A stretch of 64,000 nt of DNA from Lama guanicoe (lineage: Eukaryota). The stretch spans positions 521,988-585,987 of the forward strand of contig MU053588.1 of the NCBI GenBank assembly GCA_013239625.1, written 5' to 3'. The position numbers and the translations under genes were made by a program. Below, piece after piece: positions 1 to 12,237 of this stretch (position 1 is the first letter of the stretch; each line of letters opens with the position of its first letter). Below the pieces are notes generated by a model that worked only from the letters and a program-made list of their open reading frames with translations, had not been told where the DNA came from and searched no databases.

Positions 1-586
1 CCCCCAGCATCATACCCCTGCTCCTTCCTCAAATAGAAAGCAACTATTCTTATCTCAGGAGGAAAGCTGCAAAAAGAAAAAAAAAAAAGAACAAGTTAGA
101 AAGAACTAGGCCCAAGATGGTGGAAGATTTGACTTCCAGTAGACATTAAGCATAATTATACACTCATTGTAATACATTAGCATGCTCAATAACACAACCA
201 CCAGTGCCATGACAGTGGAAATTGTTGTGACAACTACTGGAAAAGCCCATAAAAGAACTGAAAAGGAAAGCATCAGTTCCAGGTACAAACTACAAACATG
301 TCCTCAGATAACATAAATATTTCCCCCACTCTTTCCAATTCCTTGCCCTTTACCTCCACCCTCCTATGTATTTGGTGTCTCCACCGGATTTCGGTTGAGA
401 AGTTGATTTGGAAACCGGGTTCCCAATTCTCCATTCTTTAGCCATTGAATAAAGCTTGTGCTTTTCCAGTCTCAGCATTGTTTTCATTATTGGCTGCACT
501 AATCTGACTGGAAAAAGAACGTCCCTAGTCGAGTCTTGGCCTGGGCTAGGACCCTGGCATGAGTCCAGTTGACAAATTCGGTAACA
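1..586 (+). mobile_element. ERV solo LTR (5' part outside window)
   Basis: AATAAA at ~448, ends ...GGTAACA; clear similarity to the inverted LTR at 703-1313. Confidence 0.65.
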
Positions 587-702
587 CTGTGGCTATTGGA
601 TGAGTAATTACAGGCAAAAGCAACATTAGAAAGGAAGAGGCAAGTTATCATTATTACTGAGTCATAGAATTGTCCCGAGTATTTTTGATGCAGGAAAATC
701 AG

Positions 703-1313
703 ATGTCGGGTGTGAGGAAGGCCATGTCCCAGGTTTCGGTTGAGCCCCTGGGACGTGCCCTGCCAAGTGTGGGTCCTTGGCTTCGTGCAGGAGAATTCAA
801 GAGCCAGCCACCGTTGAGTAAAGGTAGATTTATTTAGAGATACATCAAAAGGCAAGAGAAAGGCCACGAGGTGTAGGGGTTGGGTGCTTAGATTAGAGTA
901 AAAGTAGGTACACACTCCATAGACAGAGTGTGGGCCATCTCCGAGGAAGGAGAGAGAGGGGGTGACCACGAGGCGCCGTGTTGCCAGTTTTTTTGGGCTC
1001 AGTGGTTTCATATGCTAGTAAGTGGAAAGACCAGTCTAACCTGGGGAAGGGGCTGGGATTCCCAGGAAGTCGGCCATTTTCCACTCTTTACCCTTTTGTG
1101 GTTAGCCTTGGGATGGTCATAGCTCCTGTGGGCATGTTATTCACCATGTTAATTTATTACAATCGGTGTATAGTGAAACTCAAGGTCTACTAGAAGTCAA
1201 ATCTCCCACCATCTTGAGCCTCAAGGCCTTCTGGGCGTTGAATCTTTTGCTATTCTGGTGTTAATTGTTGTATTATTCCTTGGATGGCTGTGCCCTGCCC
1301 CTTTCCCGTCTCA
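703..1313 (-). mobile_element. ERV solo LTR, related to the 1-586 element
   Basis: TG...CA termini. The reverse complement of ~1115-1203 (AGATTTGACTTCTAGTAGAC...TATACACCGATTGTAATAAATTA) aligns to ~126-215. Confidence 0.7.
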
Positions 1314-1316
1314 TTC

Positions 1317-1824
1317 TGATGAAATTTTCACATATTGAAGTATAGGGAAGTCATTCTGGCATATACATGATTTAACTCATTCTTTATGCTAACTAAAACA
1401 GCCTGTTTGGGGCCTATCAAATATACGTTGTACGTCTACTTTGTTAAAGGAAAGGGGCAATGATACGGAAGTAAAGAATGTCCACATTAAAAATAAAGAT
1501 TTTAATCCCTTCCTGGGATGCTGATTCTGGTACTCCTTCTTCTTCAATGATAAGACTCCCCTCCCAGGTGCCAAAGCCATACTGACTCACTATGTACATG
1601 CTGATTTGTTGTTGTTGTTTTGAAACCTTGAAAGAATGTATCCCTGACTTTTTTGATGTTCTGTGTTCTGACAGGATATAAAACTCTGCTGAAAATCATG
1701 CTTCTCCAGAGCAGTTCCTTGGATCTATCTAGGGCTGTCTCCTAGAATATAATTCTACGTTTGGCTCAAACAAAACTATTTCCTATTCCTATTATAGATT
1801 GTTTATTGATTATTTCTGTGGACA
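1317..1824 (+). mobile_element. ERV1-like solo LTR (family A, copy 1)
   Basis: TGATG...GACA termini. Shares blocks (AAATTTTCACA, AACAGCCTGTTTG, CCAGGTGCCAA.GCCATACTGACT, GATGTTCTGTGTTCTGACA, TGCTGAAAATCATGCTTCTCCAGAG) with 5320-5844. Confidence 0.75.
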
Positions 1825-2057
1825 ATGTAATCAGAAAGTTGAAATTAATAGGACTTCATAAAACAAAAGAGAAGGGCATTTTATTTTCTCCCATAAATGC
1901 AATTGCAATATTTTTCTGTGGATGAGGGTTTTTTCCCCCAACCCTAGATGAAATGTTAGATGAATTCAGTGTCTTCAATCACTCTTTATAATAAAAGATA
2001 CTTTGAACACTTTAAAGTTAAAATTAGTCTCATTTTAGTAGTTAAAAATATCGTCAG

Positions 2058-2504
2058 TGTCCACTGAAAAAAAATACACAGAGCCTAGAAATTGAGAACT
2101 GTTTTATTCAGGGCATTACTGAGGAATATAGCCTCTCAGATAGCTCTGAGCAACTGTTCCAAAAAGGTAAAGGAGGAGACAAGATGTATAAGTTTTTGCT
2201 GGAAGAAAAAAAATAAGCATGTAGACATGTAGTCAAACATTGAAGGATTACTGCTAATCACAAAAACGAGACATCTCAAGTTAATGATTTTAGTACTTTT
2301 CTGTGCATGGGAAGATGCAAGACTCTAGGCTCATGGAAATTATTCCTTAGATATGCATCCTAACTTTCTAAGGCCAGTATCCTATTTTTTCTCCATCCTG
2401 AATTCTCCTCAGGGCACACATTCAGGGGTGGATACAGTGAGAAGTGGATTGATGGTGGGAAACATTTGTTTACTGAAATGGCAGGCAACATTTTTTTGTT
2501 CACA
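2058..2504 (-). mobile_element. ERV solo LTR
   Basis: TG...CA bounded; TTTATT (minus-strand AATAAA) near the left end; U5-like end resembles that of the 49404-49937 LTR. Confidence 0.55.
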
Positions 2505-4919
2505 TTAGCAATAAAAATGTGCAGTGTAATTATCAATACTTCATTTGAAGCAAAAAAAAAAAAAGCACATTTCTACCTTCTTCCTCCTTGACCACCACCA
2601 AATATGGTTATATCTCAATTATTGGTTATGTGAATATATGGTACTTATATACTAATTATGTAAACTTTTCATTTAAAACTAAGTTCATTTTTTTCTTAGA
2701 TATATTTTATTAAGGATTTATTTAATAAGTTTTCTTGTACCTTTCTCTACTTTTTAGAGATGTTCCAAAAGATATGTTCAATGTCCACTGGTGTCTTTTT
2801 CCCCAATGATTCAAATACCCAATTAGAATCTCTCAGTCCTCCGTTATGTGGCTCCAATTAGACTGTACACTTACCATGAAGCTTACTTTCATTGTTTTCC
2901 TGAATTGGATTTCTGTTTCCTGGAATTAAGTTAATTTTTGCTAATTTTTCAATATTGCTCAGGATCTTTTTCCAACAGCTTCCTTAAGATGCATGTGTTA
3001 GAGATAAATTTCTGACTCTTTTCATATTTGGAAATGTCTTTCTTCTACCTCATATTTTGCTAATATTCAGAATTTAGAAACATCACTTCAAAGTTTTCTG
3101 CTATCTAATGATATCAAGTTAGTGCCCATTGTTTTCTGTACCTTTGTATGTAATCTTATGTCTTCCTCCCATTCACCCCCAATACTTACTATTTATAGCA
3201 CCAATGTACTGAAATGTCATTATTTATCTTGTGGATTTTTAAACATTTTTTATGCTACATATAGGTAAGCACTTTCAGTCCATAGGATCTAGGTCTGAGA
3301 ATTTCTCTTATATTTTTGTTTCTTGACAGTCTTCAGTATTTCAGGTTTTTTTGTTTTCTTCCAGGAATGTGTATTTCAGAGAAGGGCTTATGAGTTGTGT
3401 CTAAGTTTTCCTTCTTCATAGATTTCTGTTCTTTTCACATGTGCAGTATAATTTCTGATCTCTCATAAAGTAATTGTAGTTGTTTAAAGTTTATTTCTAA
3501 TTTTTGCTCTTAATGTCCAAATCAAATCCTTTTTTTAAAAAATTGAATTATATCTGGATTTGGGTCCGCTTTAGCTCCTGTCATTAGGTCGAGCCATCAC
3601 TAGGAGGGCAGTTGGTACAAGATGGTGAGACAGACTCCAAGAACTGGGACGTCAGGAATCTATAAAAAGGAAGGCTCGCGGACCCTCCCTACTGTTATTG
3701 AGATCGTTGCCCAGAACCATACCCCTGCCCCTCCCGTGAATGGAAGCTACCTCGGCAGGCTTCTGTTGCAGAACCAAACCTCAAAAGGAGGAAACCAAAT
3801 AGAAAAGGAAGATGCAGCTGTAACTTGTTGAAGTCACCGTCTTGATCTCTGGTGAACCTAAGTCTCGTTATAGTCTCCCTGGAATACATTAGCGCGCTCA
3901 GTGACACACCCATCAGCGGCCCTAACAGGAAACACCTGACAATAGAGAAGGATGAAAACGAGGTGGGACCCCAGTTCCTGGGAGAACCCCGCCTTTTCCC
4001 AGAAAACCAATACCAAGGCCTCCCCCTCATTAACCCTACCTTTCCAGTTCTTACCTTGCAGTGTTCCAGAGGAGAAGCTGATTGGCCAAGGCACTTTCCG
4101 CTTCTCCATTCTCTGGCCCTTGACTACAGCTTGTGCTCTGACTCCCTTGGGATCGATTTCCTTACTGCCAAGGCAGGGGGCTCCGGCTGCGCTAGGGCCC
4201 AAAAGGCGGATCCGTAGGACCAATTCGGTAAGACTCCCTCTCAACGCAAGTGCTGTTTTTCCTCTCCTCCCATCCCTTCTGACAACGCTGGCGACCGTGC
4301 GCTCAAGGCTGCCTTCACCACCCCGCCCGGCTGCTAAGCGGCAGGTCCCATAGGCTCTGGGGAGCAGGAGAGACCTTGGTGGTTGGCAGGTGCAGATGAT
4401 GGTTGGGTCCCGTGCTGTGGGGAAGGGCTTGTGGCCTGCGTCTTCCAGTGGTCCAGCAGATACATAGAAGGATGGATGAATACACGGATGGATTGGTCGG
4501 GCTCTCAAGAGTGCAGGAAAGCCCTACCAGTCTTCCAGGCCAGGCTTCCCAAGCAGGATGTGAGGAGCCGGCAACGGGAGGCCAGGGGCAGGTTGAGGGC
4601 CTCGAGTGAAAGAATGGCGGTGAGAAGGGGCTTTCAACCGACTCCTGTAAGGCACTGGACTAGGCAGAGAACCCGCCCAACGTGGCACCAGGGCATGGGC
4701 GGCCTCTGCCCAGGTCTAGGGGAGGTATGGCTCTCGAGAAGGATGGAGGGAAGCAGGGAGAAGGAGCTGGGTGGGGCAGTGATGTTCAACCGACACGACG
4801 ATCATTTCGAGCGGGGATTCAGGGATCTTCATCGCCGCTCACCGCACCGCATATTATGCCCCCTCTCCCCACAGTTGGCACTAGCTTCACACACCTTGAT
4901 CCGGATTGAGGTCCTCTTT

Positions 4920-5150
4920 TTGTCCCGCCACCAGGTGCAGACATCACCGGGGGCGGCAGTGGGTCCAAGATGGCAACAGACTCTAAGATATGGGTTGTCA
5001 GGAACTCGAGGAGAGGAAGACTGGCGCTGCCTCTCTATGTCCCACCATCAGCCTCTGTCTTCTGCCTTTCCTCCGACAGCACAGCTGCCAGTTAAAGCCC
5101 GTGCTCCAACTGCGCATGCGCGAGACGAGATCTGTGGGCGGAGCCGGTTG
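4920..5150. promoter_or_regulatory. CpG-rich promoter/enhancer-like element
   Basis: YY1-type CAAGATGGC 4966-4974, NRF1 palindrome TGCGCATGCGC 5111-5121, GC box GGGCGGAG 5136-5143 and CTCF-like GCCACCAGGTGCAG ~4927. Confidence 0.6.
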
Positions 5151-5319
5151 ACTTCACAATGACCTGCAGGATTGCTGAGGGTTAGGTCCATTAGGTTCTG
5201 GGGGTCGGGAGCGGCCTTTGGCGGTTGGCAGGTACGGGTGAAGGCTGTGTCTCGCACTCCAGGAAGGGTCTGTGGCTTGTGACTTCCAGTAGTTCAGTGG
5301 AGGGAGGGAGGGAGGGATG

Positions 5320-5476
5320 GGATGAAAGAAATTTTCACACTGAGGTATGGCGAAGTCCTTCTGGCTCATACATAATTTGGAAGCTAGCCAGAACAGCCTG
5401 TTTGGTGGCCTATTAAACAGACATTGTGCATCTGCTCTGTTCAATAAAGAAAAGGGTGGGTGCGTTGTCCACCAGG

Positions 5477-5514
<38 letters not shown>

Positions 5515-5844
5515 GTTTTAAAGCTCCAGATAAATGCCTCCCTCCCTTACTGGGACACCAGGACTAGGACTCCTTCGATGACGAAGCTCCCTAACCAGGT
5601 GCCAAGGCCATACTGACTGTCTAGGTGCTAATCTGTCTTTTTGGAAACCTTGAAGGAATACACCCCTGTCGTATTTGATGTTCTGTGTTCTGACAAGATA
5701 GAAAACTGCTGAAAATCATGCTTCTCCAGAGTAGCTCCTCAGAGATACCTGAGAGGCTATCTGCTAGGCTATAGCTCTCAGTTTGGCTCAAATGACTCTT
5801 TTCTATTCCAAGTATAGATAGTTTAGTGATGATTTCCATCGACA
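5320..5844 (+). mobile_element. ERV1-like solo LTR (family A, copy 2) with internal A34 tract
   Basis: 4-bp TSD GATG (5316-5319 / 5845-5848); homologous to 1317-1824; inserted in a GGAT tract. Confidence 0.8.
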
Positions 5845-6959
5845 GATGGATGTATGGGTAAAAGGAAAGATGGATTGATGGGTGAATAGATGGGTGGCTT
5901 GTTGGGGCTACCAAAAGTGGAGGCAAGCCCTGCCAGCACAGGGTTATCAAGCAGGACTGGGGTGGAGCACAGTGGGGAGAAGTTGGGGGCTAGGGAGGAA
6001 GAACCGAGGTGAGAAAGGGCCTTCAATAGATTCCTGCAATGCACTGGGAAAAGCAAGGACACCCCACCCAGTGTGGCAACAGGGCATAAGCCTCTTCTTC
6101 TGTCTGGGTCAGTGGATTTTTGGGTGACATGACCATAGTTTGGGCAGGGACTCTGGGATGTTCAGCACCCCAACTTCATCAGGTCACATCCTTCGTCCCA
6201 TATGACACCATTCCCACCCACCCTGATCCAGATTTTGGGTCCACAGAGGTGCCCCACATGTCTTTGTCTAGCCACCAGCCAGGTTCAGCAAACACAGGCA
6301 AACATGGCAGCAGGCACCCAGAGATCTAGGATGTCCATAACGTGATGCAGGAGAACTACCCCATTCCTACCTCCCACCATCTGCCATTGGTCCTGTTCAC
6401 CCCTTGATCTTCTGACAACCTACCTTGCCAGAGTTGATGTCTGCACTCCAACTGCCCAGTGGGGCCCAAGGAGAGCTCCTGCCTCCCCATTTCCCAACGC
6501 TGTGGCTAAAGGATTTGTCCCTGGGGTCCTGGCTAGCTCTTTTGCCCTCTGCCGGTAGTCATTTCTCCACTAAGGGCTTAGCCTAGGTCCTCCAGTTGGT
6601 CCTTTGCATGGATGGATGGATGGATGGATGGACGGACAGGTGGATGGATGAAACAACAGATACATGACTGGCTGGCTGAATGTTCAGATGGAAAAAAGGA
6701 TGGATGGATGTGTAGTTGAGGCTCCCGAGAGCTGAGGAAGGCGGGGCCTGGCCAAGCTGAACCAGGCAGGATCAAGAGCCTAGTGGTGATATTCCTCCCT
6801 TAGGTCAGCCAGGATGTTGTGCCCGGGGCTATATCAGGAGACTGCCTGGTGACCCTGAGGTGGGACTTTAGGATGAACATAGTGTGAGGCAGTAGAACAA
6901 GGCTGTCTCCCCATTCCTACCTCCCACCATCACCCACCATCTCTTCTCCCCTTCTTTTA

Positions 6960-9760
6960 CTGTAGAAATTTTTATTGTTGAAATGTCTTCTGCAGCTTTT
7001 TGTTCTGTTTTGTTGTATAACATCATTCTAAGTAGGGCTAGCATTCCCTCATTGACTTTCTTTTTCTTTTCCAGAGTTCAGTTCACTGCCTATTCTTAAA
7101 TTTCTACTTTTCCCCATGAATTTCAAAGTCATCTTACTTTAAAAAAAAAGCTGCTGGTATTTTTATGTGAACCTCATTAAATTAATAAAATGAGTTATGA
7201 AGGATTTTTATGAACTGAATTTTCGCTTCCAAGATTATGGCACATCTTTCCATTTGTTGAAATCTTCTTTTATGTCCTTCAGTGGTAATATCCTCATGTT
7301 TTGCACATTTCTTACACTTATTTCAAGGCATTTTATCTTACTGGTTGCTTACTGCAAATCATATTTTCTTTCATTAACTCTTTCAGTTGGTTGTCTTTTA
7401 TATGTCTTCAGATTTTCATTTCTTAATTTAGTACTCAAGTTTTTTTTAGTATTCTTATCATATAAGTGTAAATGCAAATTAACTTCTGTTACAGAAAGGA
7501 TCTCTGAGAGAAGAAATATGCTTTATTACATTCAAAATGCACTGTGGCCTGGAGAAAACTGGAATAAATTAGCAGACAGTCTGCTCTAGGCTTCCTTATG
7601 AATGGTGTAAACTTAAACAGGCTCCTTAAAGAGGTTTTCTTTATTTTTTCACATGGGGTCTGATGTCTTTAAATTTATGTCTTTCATCTATTAATAATTT
7701 TCATACAGATCTGTAAAATTTCCCCCATTCGTAATACAAAAAAATTTAATATTACCCCACAGGTAACTGAGGAGGAGCTGTTAAGTTTTTTAAAAATCTT
7801 TTTTTCTCTCTGCTTCAGTTTGGACAATTTCTATTGATGTATTGACTCTTTTGTCATTTCCAATGTGATGGCAAGCCCATTCAGTAGTATTTTTTTCAGA
7901 GATGGCAGCTTTAATTCTATAATTTCATTTGGTTCTTTTTAATACATTTTCTTTCTCTCTTATTTGTTCGTTCATTAAATTTCACAACCTTGAGCATAAT
8001 TATATAAGTGTTTTCAAAAGCCTTATCTGCTAATTCTGGCAGATGGGCTCTTCTGGGGTAGATTTCCACTGCCTTTTCAACTGCCTTTTAAGTACAAGCA
8101 GTAATTTCTTGTTTTTACCTTTATCGAGTAATTTTGTATTATATCCTTGACAATGTTAATGATAGTTGTAAAGACTCTGGATTTTGTTATATTCACAAAG
8201 GATGTTGAGTTTTTAGTTTTTTGGTAGAACTTTGTTAGATGTGAACTCAAAACTGTCTCTATTTTGGTATCAAAAACTGAAATCTCTATTCAATTCTTTA
8301 GCTTAAGCAGGACTGCACGGAGTCTGCCCCACACATGCACAGTTCCGGAGTCACCCAGAGAGCTGAATATGGTTTATGCAAAGATTTGCCCCCATCCCAA
8401 GTCTCCCCTTTGTGAAATTCTCCTTTTTCCTTTCCTCCCCACTATTTTCCAGTTGCCGTAGGCCCCCTGACAAGCCTCTGGTTCTTCAAGCCAGTTATAA
8501 TTGCGGTTTAGCTGTTCTGTGTGGCACTGCCTGGGACCTTCCCTGAGGCAAAAAGGTAATTATTTAATTTTAGAATACCAAGCAATCTTGTCTGATAATT
8601 GTTAATTATTTCATGCATTCTCAACTAGGTGAGGATACCCTGAAAGGGGCAGAAATTGGTTCTTGGGGTGTAAAAAAATATATATTTTAGATGGCTTGTG
8701 GTTTGTGGCCCTCCAAAGGACCACAGTACATTAACAGGTACATATCTGTACTATTAAAATTTCATGGAGATAAGGGTGAGAATTGAGGGGAAATAGCTAA
8801 GGAGGCTTCTGGAGGAATAATGAAAGATTGAGAAAAAATGAATTAATTCATACTTTATTATAAGTAGGTTCTTTAAGATTTTCTATGAACACAATCACAT
8901 CTGTAAATCATGACACCTTTATCTTTCAAATCACTGTGACTATTTTTCTTGAATTGTTTAGAATCTCAAGTACATTAAATAGAAAGCAAGATAGCAGGTA
9001 TCTTTGTCTCATTCTTAGACTCCAAGGGAAAGCTTTCACCATTAAGAAGGATGTTTTCTCTAAGAATTTCATGGATACCTTCATGTGACTAAGAAATTTC
9101 CCTTCTTTTTTCTTTTTTCCCCCATAAGTTCCTTATTTGTCTTTGCTGAATGGGTGAATTATATGAAATGTCTTTTCTCTGTCTATTGAGGTGATAATAT
9201 ATGGTGATTCTACTTCATTCTGTTAAGGTGCTAAATTATGTTGCTTTTCAAATGTTAAAACTACCCTGCATTCTGGGGATAATCTCATTTACGTGATATG
9301 TTATTCTTTTCATATATTACAGGATTTATTACTAATTTTTATATTTCTACATATGTGTTTATCAGTGAGAGTAACCTATAAAATTCCTCTTTCTTTAATG
9401 TCCTTGTAGAGTTTCAGTATCTATGTTTGCTTACTTCATAAAGTAAATTGTTCCAACCTTTATCTATTCTCTGAAGATTTTGTATAAGATTGTTTTTTTC
9501 CCCTTAAATAGCTGATAGAACACAGAGAGGCATCCAGTTGTCTATTGGAAAGATTTGTAATAATGGGTTCAATTTATTTACTAGATTCAGAGCCCTTCAG
9601 AATGCCTATTATTTCCTTGGCAAAGTTGGTAAATTGTATGTTACTAAGAATTTGTTTCATCTAAATTTTCAAGTTTCTAAATTCCACATGAAATCCTTTT
9701 ATTATCTTTTTAATGTCTGCAGGATTTATAGTGACTCAACTTTCATCCCTGAGTTGTTTT
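6960..9760 (-). mobile_element. Old, degraded L1 fragments (L1M-type)
   Basis: T-rich antisense L1-like tracts, e.g. AAGGGAAAGCTTTCACCATTAAG, TCTATTGAGGTGATAAT and CCCTGCATTCTGGGGATAA. Boundaries approximate. Confidence 0.5.
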
Positions 9761-12237
9761 CTCTCTGTCTCTCTGATCGAAATGGAAAAGTAAATGTACC
9801 ATGTTTATACAAGGAAAAGTAAATGTGGCAATAAGACACATAATGGATAATAATCTAGAATTACATGCAACAACATGCAATGGGTGAATCACACAAACAA
9901 TATTAAGCGAGAGAATTCAGATGCAAAAGACTGTACACTGTATGATTGCATTAATATAAAATAAAAAAGATTGCCAAACCAATCTTTGCTGTTAGAAATT
10001 TGGAGAATGATCATCCTTGGTGAGCGAGAAAGAGAAGTGAAGAGAGCCTGACGATGCAAGTTGGGATGCTAGTGATGTCCTATTTCTTCTTTTGGGTACT
10101 AATTAAATAAATAGACATGTCCAGATTCTGAATATTCATCCAGCAGTACATGTAGGCTACGTGTGCTTTTAGGTGTGCAGATTATACATAAAAGAGGTTA
10201 CTTTTTAAAAAGTTAGGAGGACTTCTGCTTTTCTGCTCCAAAATGTAAAGGACTTGTAAGTCATCACTCCTGTCCTCACAGCAAGAAAAACGCTAAACTG
10301 AAAACAACTCTTCTTATATCCTTCAGAGAATTAAGGTCACAGAGCAGATTTCCAGACGTACTGTTGTCCACCTGCCCTCAAGGGGAAACTAACTTCCCAG
10401 AGAATAATCAATGTGAAGGAAGGAAAACACCCAACCCCCTCTAGCCCTCCTGTGTCACCTAAAGCTAGTGGTGAGAGGGGACCTGAGAAGAACTGGTGCA
10501 GGCCATAGGCCAGGGTCACAGGCAAACTGAAAGACTAACACCTAATCATACTAGGCTAAAATGCTTCCCCACCCCTACACTTCCACCACATCAACAAAGC
10601 TCCTGCAGAAAAAGAGGATTATAGCTGGGGGAAAAAAGTGTCACCTCGATTGATCAGAAAAAGTATCTGACAAAATTCAACACCCTTTCATAGTAAAAAC
10701 ATTAAAAACAAAGCAAAACAAAACAGAAAAACAAAACCAAACCCTGAAAGTTGTATCTTCCATGCGTCTATTGCTGTTGGACGGAGATCTCCAGATCAAC
10801 CACATCAAGTTCAGTTGATGCACACGGGCCACTTAGCAACTGAGAGGCCAGGGCTCAGACATTCCCTTTTTTATTAATCATAACCTCAGGATGCATGGGA
10901 CAGAGAAATCTTTTTCTCCACCTGGTGAAGTCTGAATTTCCTTCAAGACTATAGAGTTTTTGCAATGAGTTACACATCTATACATTAGAGCATCTGCAAG
11001 TGTTTTGCTTGCAACTTTTGGCATTGGAGGGAAAAAATGGACACCTTTGGGGATCAGTCAGAGCCACAGGTGCTATCAAGAGGTTGTTCACAAGGTATGA
11101 AATAATACAATCTCTCTTCTTTCCCTCAAGGATTTAGATCAAGTTGTTCTCGTCAGCATTTCCAGACATTCCTATATAAATTCATTATAGGAATAATTGT
11201 TTCCTATGGACTTCTTCTTATGTATTTTCTAACTGGTGAGATGAAAGTACTTAATAGGACTATGGATGGGTGAAGGGCTAGCCCTCTCTAAAGAGTCTTA
11301 CAGATGTAGATTTCCTACATAAAATAAAGAGAATCATGCTGTTCCAACTGGATTTCATATTTTGTTTGAAAAGAGTTCCTTTCATTACATACTGTTCTTG
11401 GGAACAAGATGACACAATGTTAGCGGTAGGTGGACTAAGAAAACTTCTGAAATAAGTGGAAATAGAAGCCTGGGAACTCAAAGGTTTCAAGCTATCAGTT
11501 GGCGTACTGTTGTGCTGATGAGGAACATGGGGGCTAGAGAGATTATACGGTTACCTTGGGGTAAGAGAAACATCCAGTGATGTGCCAGCAATCAGGAAGA
11601 GCAAAGTGGACTGAATTACTGTAATTTAAAGAAAAAAACGTAAGGAATAGAAGAAGACTATCTACACATAGGAAGGAATCCAGACACCAAACACTGGGAA
11701 GTCAATAAGCCTATGTTCCTTCATTACTGTAAAAACAGGCACGCTTCTTTCAATATAAATCAAAACATGCCTTCACGTTCAAATGTTATGAATGATATTA
11801 ATAAACTTGGTAATTTTTTTTCTTCTCCAAAAGATGAGTAATAAATATTAGCTTTGCTCTGTACAATTTCTGTTCTGAGACCAGCAAAGAGCCTAAATGA
11901 CCTTAAGCTCTGTCAAAATGATCATGAAAAGTATGCTGTCAAACTTACACTGAGAAAATCAGATTGTAATTTATGGACTCAGAAGTAATGAGCTGGTCGT
12001 TTACATTTTAAAAAGTACCTTAAAAAATCAATGAGTAGAAAAATGTTTCTTATTTCTTCTATTGTATTTTTATTGTGAATTATACTTTTCTTCTATTGCA
12101 TTTTTACAATGAAACAAACACAAAATATGGATATAATGTAAATGAACTGTTATTACCACCTCCCAGGAGTCCCCTGCATGTCTATACTGACGCTAAACAA
12201 CTCCTTTCCCCCAGTGGTACCAACATCCTTGTTATTA

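Larger units (their letters stand above)
3590..6950. repeat. Degenerate three-copy GC-rich tandem duplication
   Basis: Recurrent anchors: CAAGATGG..ACAGACTC.AAGA (3618, 4966; CAAACATGGC ~6299), GGTTGGCAGGT...AAGGG...TTCCAGT (4381, 5223; weaker ~6572), (GGAT)n tracts and GCAGGA-ending blocks. Confidence 0.6.

Noticed and set aside
3858..5162. Long ORFs 4383-5162 (+, 259 aa) and 3858-4508 (-, 216 aa) as protein-coding genes
   Set aside because: Non-ATG or weak starts, Arg/Gly/Pro-rich composition expected from GC-rich DNA, overlapping ORFs in several frames, no recognisable domain, and location within the degenerate tandem repeat.
11131..11235. + strand exon-like segment encoding a hydrophobic peptide (FLYKFIIGIIVSYGLLLMYFLT)
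   Set aside because: Plausible AG/GT ends but no partner exons or recognisable gene; it lies inside the unidentified block and is probably chance.
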